64,000 nt of DNA from Candidatus Woesearchaeota archaeon (GTDB lineage Archaea; Nanobdellota; Nanobdellia; Pacearchaeales; GW2011-AR1): NCBI GenBank assembly GCA_964519415.1, contig CAZFJM010000003.1:5668-69667 (forward strand). Direction: 5' to 3'. Below, one piece after another: positions 1 to 8,720 of this stretch (the stretch's first letter is position 1; every line of letters begins with the position of its first letter). Position numbers and translations under genes: made by a program. The notes below the pieces were generated by a model that was not told where the DNA came from, made no database searches, and saw nothing but the letters and a program-made list of their open reading frames with translations.

Positions 1-540
1 CCAGATAACTCCATTTTGACCAACAGTAACATCACAATTTGATGCACCTTTGATTATATTAACCATGCTCCCTTCTTTTCCAATAACTCTAGGAACTTTG
101 TTAGGATTTACGTTTACTAATTGTCCGCCTTGTACTCTTCCAAATCCTCTTAATTTTACAGATAAGTCTACATTTCCGCCATCAGTTCCAAAAACCTTAG
201 CACAAACAGTATCGCCAAAATCAAAATGATCTCTTAATTCTCCTCTTCCAATATATCTTGGAACTTCTGTAACATTCAAAAATCCATTTTGATGAGAACC
301 GAAATCAATTAACCAGCCTTTGAATGTAACTCCAACAACTGTACCAATAATAACATTTCCTCTTCGAGGAACATAAACGCCAGATAATGGTATAACTCTA
401 ACAAGCTTATCATTTACATCAGATAATCCGTATTTACATGCAACAATATCTTGACCCTCTCTTCGTGCTCCATCTCCAGGTAAGAATTCGTCGCCCTGAA
501 CAATAGTTTCGCCGGGAATAATAATCTTTCTTTCTTCCAT
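1..540 (-). CDS. rrp4: Exosome RNA-binding subunit Rrp4 (runs off the window start; not in ORF track)
   Basis: Manual translation from ATG at 540: MEERKIIIPGETI...VIPLSGVYVPRRGNVIIGTV (S1)...PNKVPRVIGKEGSM...VGQNGVVIW (KH). Confidence 0.93.
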   Translation of the reverse strand, partial: MEERKIIIPGETIVQGDEFLPGDGARREGQDIVACKYGLSDVNDKLVRVIPLSGVYVPRRGNVIIGTVVGVTFKGWLIDFGSHQNGFLNVTEVPRYIGRGELRDHFDFGDTVCAKVFGTDGGNVDLSVKLRGFGRVQGGQLVNVNPNKVPRVIGKEGSMVNIIKGASNCDVTVGQNGVIW

Positions 541-639
541 TTTCTTAATCAAAATATTCTACAAATGATGGTTTAAAAAGGTTGCTATTTTTATCAAAGA
601 CCTAGCCTGTTTAAATCAATGCTAAAAGTAAAAAGTTTG

Positions 640-1260
640 CTATTTTTTCCCGAAATTTTTTAATCTAACGGGTTGTTTTTCTAGTATCGCTCTCACATAT
701 TTTTCATCTTTAATAAATGGGTGAATACTTTCAGTCTCACGTATAAATTCATCAATAAGTTTTGCATAAGCTTCTTTAGGTTTTTGATAAGCCGCCCACA
801 TTGCAGTAGACAAAAGATGCCCTACATAAAATGCGCTTTCGCTCGGTAAACTATCTGCAAAAAGTTCATTTGGATCTTCGGGAGGAAGTATTTTCCAACG
901 GCTTCCATGGAAACAATCTGCCATCTCGCTCTCTTCTATTATGGTTGCTTCTTCAAAATATTTTTGCTGTCTCTCTTCTTCTCTTCCCGGTTCGTAAGTT
1001 ACTGCTAACCAAGGATTTGCTCTAAAAGGTATCTTAAAATTTATTGCTCTTTCTCCTTCTTCTACCCCTATATACCAATCACAGAGATGACTAATAAAAG
1101 TATAATAAGCTCTAGACTGTAAATTTATTTTATCAATTAATCCAGATCCTGCTTCAGAAACAACACCTGAAGAGAGGATTTGATTAGTTAATACATGTAC
1201 TATTCCTCTTCTAGAATTAAGTTCACAAAGAGCTTTTGCTATTTCTACTTTATCTTCCAT
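640..1260 (-). CDS. Hypothetical protein (206 aa)
   Basis: Long ORF with TATA-like element about 25 nt upstream; no motif recognised. Confidence 0.7.
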   Translation of the reverse strand: MEDKVEIAKALCELNSRRGIVHVLTNQILSSGVVSEAGSGLIDKINLQSRAYYTFISHLCDWYIGVEEGERAINFKIPFRANPWLAVTYEPGREEERQQKYFEEATIIEESEMADCFHGSRWKILPPEDPNELFADSLPSESAFYVGHLLSTAMWAAYQKPKEAYAKLIDEFIRETESIHPFIKDEKYVRAILEKQPVRLKNFGKK

Positions 1261-1381
1261 GCTCTTTTTTCAGAAATTATCTTTTTAAGTATTTATATTG
1301 CCTGTTTTCTAATTAATCGTCGTATTTCAGAATTTTTTAAATCTCCACAATATTTATAAACAAAAATATACTCTCTTAAGT

Positions 1382-1933
1382 ATGGTTGATGGTGAAAAAA
1401 GAGTTGTAGAGGGTGTTTTGGTTCTTAAGGAGAAGAAAACTAAGGAGAAAAAGACTAAAGTAAAAAAAGTTCCTAAGAGTATTATTCCAAAAAAGAAAAA
1501 AATGTCTGCAAGTGAAAGAGAAGAACTTCTAATAGAAAATTTTGTAGGTTTGCAAAGAGCAATGATTAATCTATCGATGAAGTTTGAAAATTTATCTGAT
1601 AATATTTCTAAGTTATTAAATGTATTCGAGGTTTCAGCAAGAGATTACATGGTAAATAAAGGAAGAACAAGCCCTGAAGTAGACAAGGACCTATTGAATA
1701 GAATAAATATGTTGTTAGAGCAAAATAAGACAATTATAAATGGAATACGTTCTCTAGATGATAAAACAAAAAAGCAGGAAGCCATTAAAGCTCCTATGAA
1801 TCCTATGCCTCCTAATATTCCAATAGCACAAACAACACCACAATCTCCTACTATTCCTGCAGGAATGCAACCTTCGCAATATACTCCTTCTATTGCTCAA
1901 GCTAAACCAAAAACAATAGTGCAGACAATATGA
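1382..1933 (+). CDS. Hypothetical protein: Lys-rich N-terminus, coiled-coil middle, Pro/Gln-rich tail
   Basis: TTTATAAA about 21 nt upstream; ATGA overlap with next gene. Confidence 0.75.
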   Translation: MVDGEKRVVEGVLVLKEKKTKEKKTKVKKVPKSIIPKKKKMSASEREELLIENFVGLQRAMINLSMKFENLSDNISKLLNVFEVSARDYMVNKGRTSPEVDKDLLNRINMLLEQNKTIINGIRSLDDKTKKQEAIKAPMNPMPPNIPIAQTTPQSPTIPAGMQPSQYTPSIAQAKPKTIVQTI

Positions 1934-2487
1934 ACTCTATAGCCAGCAATTCTCCGATAGTTCGCGAGATTGTATTTAACATTATTTCTTACGGAGAAAT
2001 AGAAAATTCTAAAGCCAAACATAGGATTGATAATGAAATTGTTCCAACAGTTTCCACAAAAGTTCACTCATTATCTAGGGGCTTTCAGGAAAGTATGTTA
2101 AAGACTCCTCTTCCATTAAAAACAGAGACTGTTCATCCTGATTTAAGTAAACAACAAACAGTTATTCTAGAGGGATATGGTCGGCTTTCAGGGTTAATTA
2201 AAGATCCCTCTGTTTCTACAATTGAATATGTAGGGGAAAATTTACCAATAAGAATTATGAGAGTTGGACATATTCAAAATACTAATATAATTCTTTCAAA
2301 AGAAGAAACTGATTCTATTTTAAAATACGTTTCTAATAGAACAAGAATTCCTCTTGAAAATAATGTTTTCAAAGTAGCAATAGATAATCTTCTTTTTAAT
2401 GCGGTAATTTCTCCGGTGGTTGGAAATAGATTTTTAATTAAGAAGAATTTTCAGATATCTCCTGATTACAAAGAGGCCTTCAAATGA
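1930..2487 (+). CDS. Stand-alone N-terminal-type domain of VirB11/TadA/ArlI secretion ATPases (no ATPase domain)
   Basis: GYGRLSGLIKDPSVSTIEYVG...NAVISP...FLIKK follows the GlGpLepLlxDpxIxdI...navipP...tIRK pattern; no Walker A. Confidence 0.6.
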   Translation: MNSIASNSPIVREIVFNIISYGEIENSKAKHRIDNEIVPTVSTKVHSLSRGFQESMLKTPLPLKTETVHPDLSKQQTVILEGYGRLSGLIKDPSVSTIEYVGENLPIRIMRVGHIQNTNIILSKEETDSILKYVSNRTRIPLENNVFKVAIDNLLFNAVISPVVGNRFLIKKNFQISPDYKEAFK

Positions 2488-2771
2488 TAAAAGACAAAAT
2501 AACGGCAGAGAGTTTAGCTAATTATAGGAAGATAACAGATAAAGCATTTGATATAGTTAAGAAGAATATTGTTAAGGAAAGAAAAGAAGATGCAAAAAAA
2601 ATATTTGAAATGGTTGAATGTTATTTGTCTGATTCAAAACATTTTGAAAAAAAAGGAGATTTGATTAATTCTTTTGGTGCAATTTATTATGCTCACGGTT
2701 GGATTGACTGCGGGGTAAGGCTTGGAATATTCGATGTTCATGACGATAAGCTGTTTACAGTGAGAGATTAG
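2484..2771 (+). CDS. DUF357 family protein
   Basis: CYLSDSKHF...GDLINSFGAIYYAHGWIDCGVRLG signature. Confidence 0.88.
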   Translation: MIKDKITAESLANYRKITDKAFDIVKKNIVKERKEDAKKIFEMVECYLSDSKHFEKKGDLINSFGAIYYAHGWIDCGVRLGIFDVHDDKLFTVRD

Positions 2772-2823
2772 TCACTTAGAAATTAACCAAAACGCTTAAA
2801 ATACCCCATTTTCTTCTATTTAC

Positions 2824-3510
2824 ATGGCAAAGAAAACTTTAGTCATCTCTCTAGGCGGAAGCAAAATAGTTCCCGATAATGTTGATCTCACTTTTCTTCA
2901 AGAATTTAAACATTTAATCTTGAAACATTCTAAAGATACTAAGTTCGTAATTGTTTGTGGCGGCGGAAGCGTTGCTAGAAAATATATCCAAGCATTAAAA
3001 TCTGATAAAAAGTCAGACTATCTTCAAGGCATGATAGGTATTTCTATAACTAGGATGAATGCGAGATTTATGTCTTATCTATTCGGTGTAGATCCTGAAA
3101 AAGGAATCCCTACAGATATGAAAGAAGTAAGTAATCTTATTAAAAAAAATGACTTTGTTTTTTGCGGAGGTCTAAGATATGCTCCTGATCAAACTTCAGA
3201 TACAACTGCAGCTAGACTTGCAAGTTATCTTGGCGCAAATTTCATAAATATTACAAATGTCAAAGGATTGTATACTGCCGATCCTAAAAAAGATAAAACT
3301 GCAGAATTTATTGAAAAAATTACTTGGAAAGAATTTAACACTATAGCAAATAAAATAAAATTCAGTGCAGGTCAACATTTTGTTCTTGACCAAAGCGCAG
3401 CAGAAGAAATTATGAAGCATAAGATAAAAACAACTATCGTAGGAAACTTAAGAGAATTTGAAAAAGTGCTTTCTGGAAAACCATTTGTAGGAACGACAAT
3501 CTCAGACTAA
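2824..3510 (+). CDS. pyrH: UMP kinase (archaeal type)
   Basis: VISLGGS, VCGGGSVARKYI, TSDTTAA, TNVKGLYTADP. Confidence 0.95.
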   Translation: MAKKTLVISLGGSKIVPDNVDLTFLQEFKHLILKHSKDTKFVIVCGGGSVARKYIQALKSDKKSDYLQGMIGISITRMNARFMSYLFGVDPEKGIPTDMKEVSNLIKKNDFVFCGGLRYAPDQTSDTTAARLASYLGANFINITNVKGLYTADPKKDKTAEFIEKITWKEFNTIANKIKFSAGQHFVLDQSAAEEIMKHKIKTTIVGNLREFEKVLSGKPFVGTTISD

Positions 3511-3548
3511 TTGAATAATATTAAATACTCATTTTAACTAATTATACT

Positions 3549-4118
3549 ATGCATCAAGATATAACTCTATTCAAAAATCCAGGAAGTTTTTATTTTCAAT
3601 TAGTTTCTAAAAAAGAAGATATCAAGAACTTTGACTCTGATGGAATTATAATAGATGCAGATGAAAAAGAATGTAGGAGAACTATAGAATTTATCAAAGC
3701 TAAGAATAAGCAAACCAAAATTGGAGTTCTTGGAAGAGATGATGAATTTAATCGTCGTGCTTTGGAAACATTAAAGATAAACTATCTTATCTCTCCAGAG
3801 TTGAATGACCAGAAAGACAGTTTAAAGCAAAGAGCTTCTGGAATGAATCATGTAACTGCAAAAATTGCTAAAGATAAAAATATTGCAATCATAGAAGGTA
3901 TAAATTTTATACAATTACAATCAGACAAAAAAGCAAAAGCACGTTTAATCTCTAGAATAATTCAAAATATTGAAATCTGCAGAAAAGCAAAAGGTGATAT
4001 AAAATTTGCTACTTTTGCAAAATCTGAAGAAGAATTACTAGATGAAAAACAAATTGCAGCAATAGGATTTTCTTTAGGTATGTCTAGTCAACAAGTTAAG
4101 GATTGCTTTGAATTTTAG
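3549..4118 (+). CDS. rnp3: RNase P protein Rpp30 (divergent)
   Basis: FNRRALE...DSLKQRASGMNHVTAKIAKDKNIAI...SLGMS. Confidence 0.8.
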   Translation: MHQDITLFKNPGSFYFQLVSKKEDIKNFDSDGIIIDADEKECRRTIEFIKAKNKQTKIGVLGRDDEFNRRALETLKINYLISPELNDQKDSLKQRASGMNHVTAKIAKDKNIAIIEGINFIQLQSDKKAKARLISRIIQNIEICRKAKGDIKFATFAKSEEELLDEKQIAAIGFSLGMSSQQVKDCFEF

Positions 4119-4372
4119 TGGGCAAAACAAGCCAGGATACTCTTTGTTCCCAATTCTAACAATTTAGCCCCTAGTGTTAGATTTTCTCTAGAATATATAT
4201 CTTCATTTCTTCTGTGTGCCTCTTCTTGTACTTCCCAAATTTTTCTTTTTTGAGATTTGAAATAATTATCGACTCTTTCAGAAGCATAACCGAAGAAGAA
4301 AGCTCTAGTCTGTACTCCTCTGATTGTTTCTTTCATAACTTCTGTATACTCATCAGTATATTTTCTTTCCAT
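4115..4372 (-). CDS. Hypothetical protein (85 aa)
   Basis: ORF with upstream TATA-like element, convergent with rnp3. Confidence 0.55.
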   Translation of the reverse strand: MERKYTDEYTEVMKETIRGVQTRAFFFGYASERVDNYFKSQKRKIWEVQEEAHRRNEDIYSRENLTLGAKLLELGTKSILACFAH

Positions 4373-4508
4373 AAATGAAAGAAAGCTAGAGACCTATTTT
4401 AATCTTTGCCATATTAATTGCTACCTTTCAGTAACACTTTTAGAAAGCTTTAAATACCCTCATTTCAACGAAAGATTAGGTCTAATAAAAATTTTAGAAA
4501 TTTTAACT

Positions 4509-4697
4509 ATGGTAAATGAACATGACAGCGGTTTAGAAGAATGTATTAGCGACGCTTCTGGGCATGAAAATGGGTTTGCTCATAGAATCGTCAAATATCA
4601 AACAGAAGTTCTAATTCCTGCATTACATAATCTAGGTGGAAATTGTATGTTGCCTCAAAATATTAGATGCTACAAAGAATCTAGTTATAAATCTTAA
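4509..4697 (+). CDS. Small hypothetical protein (62 aa, 3 Cys)
   Basis: ORF downstream of TTTAAATA at about 4449-4456. Confidence 0.45.
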   Translation: MVNEHDSGLEECISDASGHENGFAHRIVKYQTEVLIPALHNLGGNCMLPQNIRCYKESSYKS

Positions 4698-4698
4698 A

Positions 4699-4890
4699 AT
4701 GTCTACACCTTATCAACCTAAACAAGAAATCTATGCAGATTCAAAAAAAGAGACATGTCCTTATTGTTTAACTGGGAAATGTGCAGAAAGAAGAGCTGCA
4801 GGTTTATGTGCTTGTGAAGGTCTTAAAGAAACAGATGAAAAATTACCTATAAGAAATTCAAAAGAATCCGCACTAGCTACTTCAAATTAA
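4699..4890 (+). CDS. Small Cys-rich protein (63 aa), putative metal binding
   Basis: ATG 1 nt after previous stop; CPYC-x4-C-x8-CAC. Confidence 0.55.
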   Translation: MSTPYQPKQEIYADSKKETCPYCLTGKCAERRAAGLCACEGLKETDEKLPIRNSKESALATSN

Positions 4891-4914
4891 TTAAAATTAT
4901 TTCTTAAAAAAGAA

Positions 4915-5127
4915 TTACTTAGAAGCTTTAACTGTAAATTCAGTATAATGGCACTTACCACAATATACTCTATTATCCGCTATCATTAAGAAAAATCCAG
5001 GACCGCATCTTGGGCAGTACTTAGCTCTAATTACCTTATCGCCTTGGATAGTATATTTAGAACTCTTCTTAGAAGTTGGACTATTCTTATGTTTCTTCTT
5101 ACCTTTTATTTTTGATTTAATAGCCAT
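4915..5127 (-). CDS. rps27ae: Ribosomal protein eS31 (S27ae)
   Basis: CPRCGPGFFL...RVYCGKCHYT zinc ribbon; synteny with S24e. Confidence 0.95.
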   Translation of the reverse strand: MAIKSKIKGKKKHKNSPTSKKSSKYTIQGDKVIRAKYCPRCGPGFFLMIADNRVYCGKCHYTEFTVKASK

Positions 5128-5129
5128 TT

Positions 5130-5444
5130 TTATTTAGCTCCTCCAGCTGCTCTAGCATCTGCTGCAGCTTTCTTAGCTTCTGCAACTGCTTTCTTTCTAA
5201 CTTTTCTTGGTATTGTTTCTACCTTGGTTTTATCTGCTGCAGTGTTATAAACTACTGCATCTACTTTAAAAGTATCTTTACCAAAGCTTCCATCAATTTT
5301 TCTTACAACTGTTAATTCAGCATCGCTTTTTAATAATGTAATAACATCTGTCTTTGAAGGATTCTTTTCAGATTTAATCTCTAAGATATATTCAGTTCTA
5401 TTCAAAGATAGATTCTTATTTTCTTTTATTATTTTTGATTCCAT
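5130..5444 (-). CDS. rps24e: Ribosomal protein eS24 (S24e)
   Basis: NLSLNRTE...NPSK...VVRKIDGSFGK...AVVY; synteny. Confidence 0.9.
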   Translation of the reverse strand: MESKIIKENKNLSLNRTEYILEIKSEKNPSKTDVITLLKSDAELTVVRKIDGSFGKDTFKVDAVVYNTAADKTKVETIPRKVRKKAVAEAKKAAADARAAGGAK

Positions 5445-5445
5445 T

Positions 5446-5634
5446 TTATTTTATTTTTACAGCAAATCTGCCGTTTGATTTAATTCCCAAATTATGAGCA
5501 ATTATTGATTTATCTGAATTAAACACAACCGCTTCCCCTTTAAAGCTATCGATTCCTACATTTTCTCCGCAATTAGTACATTTTTCTCCGAAATATATTG
5601 TTTTACATTTAGCGCAAGCTTTTTCTTTTGCCAT
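5446..5634 (-). CDS. spt4: Transcription elongation factor Spt4 (RpoE'')
   Basis: KACAKCK...CTNCG...SIIAHNLGI...GRFAVKIK; follows rpo7. Confidence 0.92.
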   Translation of the reverse strand: MAKEKACAKCKTIYFGEKCTNCGENVGIDSFKGEAVVFNSDKSIIAHNLGIKSNGRFAVKIK

Positions 5635-6242
5635 TATTTCTTTTTCTCCTTCTTAGGTTTAGTTTCTTTTGATTCTCCTTCAGATGATTTCTTTACAGCC
5701 TTTTTAGCTTTATCCTTATCGCCAGATATCCAATCTAGTCTTCCTAATCCTGGTTGTCTCATTGTTAGGCCTACTTTAGGTTCTTCGCCCTTGTAAGAGA
5801 TTGCAACAATTCTTGCCATACATTCATCACCAACATTCAAAGATTTCTTTCCATCTTTTCCTGTAAGATTTCCTGTTTTTGAGAATGAAACGAAGTCATC
5901 CATAGTCTGTGAAATGTGTATCATTCCTCTTAAAACACCCATATCTATGAATGCACCAAAGTTTGTAATTTCTTCAATTTTGCCATATACAATTTCTTGC
6001 AATTCTGGTTTGAAAACAATTATTTTGAATCTTGATTTGTAGTAAGCTGCACCATCGCCTGGAATAATAATACCATCATCGACGGATAAAACTTCTAAAA
6101 CATCAACAACAGTTCCTAATTCTCTGTCTTGAAAATTTGAATAGCTCGCGTGCAACTGTTCTTTTACAGCATCTGCTGTTTTAAGGCCAAACAATTTTGG
6201 CTCTACTCTTACAAAGTCCTCAACTTCAACTAAATAGAACAT
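5634..6242 (-). CDS. rpo7: RNA polymerase subunit Rpo7 (E')
   Basis: DFVRVEP, GIIIPGDGAAY, FGAFIDMG..GMIHISQ, VGLTMRQPGLG. Confidence 0.97.
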   Translation of the reverse strand: MFYLVEVEDFVRVEPKLFGLKTADAVKEQLHASYSNFQDRELGTVVDVLEVLSVDDGIIIPGDGAAYYKSRFKIIVFKPELQEIVYGKIEEITNFGAFIDMGVLRGMIHISQTMDDFVSFSKTGNLTGKDGKKSLNVGDECMARIVAISYKGEEPKVGLTMRQPGLGRLDWISGDKDKAKKAVKKSSEGESKETKPKKEKKK

Positions 6243-6318
6243 GATTTTAATAGAAAAAGTTCATTTTTAAAGCTTGCGCTTACAAATTTTTTTAAGGAAA
6301 CTCAATTTTACATCGGTG

Positions 6319-6699
6319 TTAATTAATAATCTGAACCTGTCTTTTATCCGAGATAGTAATAATTGTATTATCTACTCTTTTTTTCAAACCTTTATCTAAA
6401 GTAGCAAGTGCAATAAGTTTGCCTCTTATAAAATCTGCAATTCCTACATCAACATTTTTATTATTTACTCTGACTAATTCATAACCCATTTTGTCAGCCA
6501 GCATTAATGCTAGTTTTGCAGCATCTTTATCTATTCCTTTCATTCCCTTTCTTTCGGATAGTTCTGTAAGTTCATCAATAACTTCTTCAGGTACAATCCA
6601 TTCCATTTTCTCATCTACTTGCTCAGCTATTAAAGTTGCAAAATCTACTTTCTGTTTTGCACATGTCAATAAAAAGTTCGTATCAAGTAATACTTTCAT
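6319..6699 (-). CDS. PIN-domain protein (Fcf1/Utp24-like)
   Basis: VLLDTNFLL, VIDEL, VDVGI, ATLDKGLKKR; usual position upstream of rpo7. Confidence 0.88.
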   Translation of the reverse strand: MKVLLDTNFLLTCAKQKVDFATLIAEQVDEKMEWIVPEEVIDELTELSERKGMKGIDKDAAKLALMLADKMGYELVRVNNKNVDVGIADFIRGKLIALATLDKGLKKRVDNTIITISDKRQVQIIN

Positions 6700-6792
6700 A
6701 AATATTCATAGAAAAATAACTTTATATTCGTGTCGGTTACATTCCGTAACACTTATATATCTCCTAGTCCTTTAAAATATTGAGAGGTTAAA

Positions 6793-7356
6793 ATGCTACA
6801 AGAGGCTGAAAATGTTCTTAGAATTATGAAAGAGGCAAGAGTTGCTTTAGAGCAAAATGACTCTTACAAACTAAAGGCATTATCTGATCAAACACTTCAT
6901 ACTGCTACAGTTTATCAAGATGCAGATAGTATTGTCGTTGCTGTTTTAACATATTCTATAGCAAAAATAGTTGAGCGGGAAGGCTATAAAAAAATGGAAG
7001 GTTGGGATATATTTTATAGTTCTTTAGTTAAAAATATGGATTCTGCAATTTTAAATTTAGAAACAGGAAACTATGAAAAATTTATGGATTATATGGGCAA
7101 AATAAGAAATTCAATAAATAAAATAGAAGGAGATTTATCAAACTATATTAGAGATATATTTTACAAAGCACAAGTAAACAAGGCATTCAAACTTTATGAA
7201 CATGGTTTATCTGCTGAACAAACAGCTTCTGTTTTAGGAGTTTCTCTATGGGATTTAGCAAGTTATATTGGTCAAACAACTGTAAGCGAATCGCACTTAA
7301 ATGAAGCAATTCCAGTTAAAGAGAGAATTAAATTAGCGGAAAGTTTTTTCAAATGA
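6793..7356 (+). CDS. Helical protein with C-terminal UPF0175-like HTH
   Basis: KLYEHGLSAEQTASVLGVSLWDL; ATGA-coupled to the PIN gene. Confidence 0.6.
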   Translation: MLQEAENVLRIMKEARVALEQNDSYKLKALSDQTLHTATVYQDADSIVVAVLTYSIAKIVEREGYKKMEGWDIFYSSLVKNMDSAILNLETGNYEKFMDYMGKIRNSINKIEGDLSNYIRDIFYKAQVNKAFKLYEHGLSAEQTASVLGVSLWDLASYIGQTTVSESHLNEAIPVKERIKLAESFFK

Positions 7357-8024
7357 AATATGCAATTTTAGATGCTGGCCCTCTTATTTCTTTAACATTA
7401 AATGGAATATTACATACTTTAGAATTATTAAAACAGAAGTATCCAGATGTAGCATTTATACTAACTCCGCAAGTTAAAAAAGAAATAATTGACAAACCAC
7501 TTACAATTAAGAAATATGAATTAGAAGCTGTTAAAGTTCAGACTTTGGTAGCTAAGAAAGTTATTACAATGTCTACTGAATTTGTTCCAAATAATCAATT
7601 AGAAAAAGAAACTCAGAGGATTTTAACTCTTTCAAATTCAGTAGTTAAAGCTGACGGAAAAACAATTCCAATTGTGCAAATAGGTGAAGCTTCTTGTATT
7701 GCTTTTTCAAATCTATGTAAATGTGAAAGTGTTATTGTAATTGATGAAAGAATAACGAGACTTCTTACAGAATCTCCCCAAAATGTAAAAGCAATTATGG
7801 AAAGAAAGCTTCATATGGATATAATTTTGAATCAAAAAAATCTAAAGGAATTCAAAGACTTAAAATATATACGTTCCGCAGAACTGGTATATCTAGCATA
7901 TAAAAATGGGCTTTATGATTACAAAAAAGATAAGACTTTGCTAGATGCTTTACTATACTCTTTAAAGTTCTCTGGAACTTCAATTTCTAGTAAAGAGATT
8001 GACGAAATGAAAAGTATGAATTAA
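7353..8024 (+). CDS. PIN-domain protein (DUF3368-like)
   Basis: ILDAGPLISL, QVKKEI, IGEASCI, VIVIDE acidic PIN residues. Confidence 0.75.
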   Translation: MKYAILDAGPLISLTLNGILHTLELLKQKYPDVAFILTPQVKKEIIDKPLTIKKYELEAVKVQTLVAKKVITMSTEFVPNNQLEKETQRILTLSNSVVKADGKTIPIVQIGEASCIAFSNLCKCESVIVIDERITRLLTESPQNVKAIMERKLHMDIILNQKNLKEFKDLKYIRSAELVYLAYKNGLYDYKKDKTLLDALLYSLKFSGTSISSKEIDEMKSMN

Positions 8025-8025
8025 A

Positions 8026-8096
8026 TGGACCCATAGGGAATCGAACCCTAATCAATCGCTCTGGAGGCGAGCATTCTACCTTTGAACTATGGATCC
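8026..8096 (-). tRNA. tRNA-Trp(CCA), intronless, CCA end not encoded
   Basis: GGATCCA/TGGGTCC acceptor, GTTC/GAAT D-stem, loop CT-CCA-GA, TAGGG-TTCGATT-CCCTA T-arm; C27:T43 mismatch. Confidence 0.92.
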
Positions 8097-8187
8097 ATTA
8101 ATATTCTATAATTTGAATGTTTTTTAAACGTTTGTTCTTGTTCATTTATCTATAAAGATTTATATACATTATTTATCTAATCAAGAT

Positions 8188-8718
8188 ATGGTTTCAGAAC
8201 AGGTGATTGTGATCGGTGTTTTTTCAATAGTTATTCCAATTATATTAATTGCACTAGGTCTTTTTCTATATTCAAAAACAAAAGGAAATATTAAAATCTT
8301 GCTTGAAAGAACTCAATTTTCACCAGGTGAAACAATAAAAGGCAAGATCCATTTACAAGCAAAAAAGCCAATAGAAGTAAAATCTCTAAACGTTACTCTT
8401 CGGGGTGTAATGAAATCATCACCTTCTTCTATTACTATTGGTGGAAGTAATAAGCAAAAGAATAAAGAAAAAGAAATATTTTCTTTTAATCAACAAATCT
8501 TCGGTGTAAAAAATTTCACCATAGGAGAATCTGATCATTCTTTCACGATAAAGATACCTGCAAATGTTTTAAAGAATGCAGAGGGTTTTGCAGGAGCCTT
8601 AGTAAACACTATAAAATTAATAAGTGGAGACACAAGAAGCGTCTACTGGTATGTTGATGCAAGATTGGATATTCCTGGTTTCGATTTATCAGATAGAGTT
8701 CAGATAAATATTGTTTAA
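8188..8718 (+). CDS. Membrane-anchored arrestin-N/SpoOM-like protein
   Basis: N-terminal TM helix; FSPGETIKGKIHL, HSFTIKIP, WYVDARLDIPG. Confidence 0.7.
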   Translation: MVSEQVIVIGVFSIVIPIILIALGLFLYSKTKGNIKILLERTQFSPGETIKGKIHLQAKKPIEVKSLNVTLRGVMKSSPSSITIGGSNKQKNKEKEIFSFNQQIFGVKNFTIGESDHSFTIKIPANVLKNAEGFAGALVNTIKLISGDTRSVYWYVDARLDIPGFDLSDRVQINIV

Positions 8719-8720
8719 TT

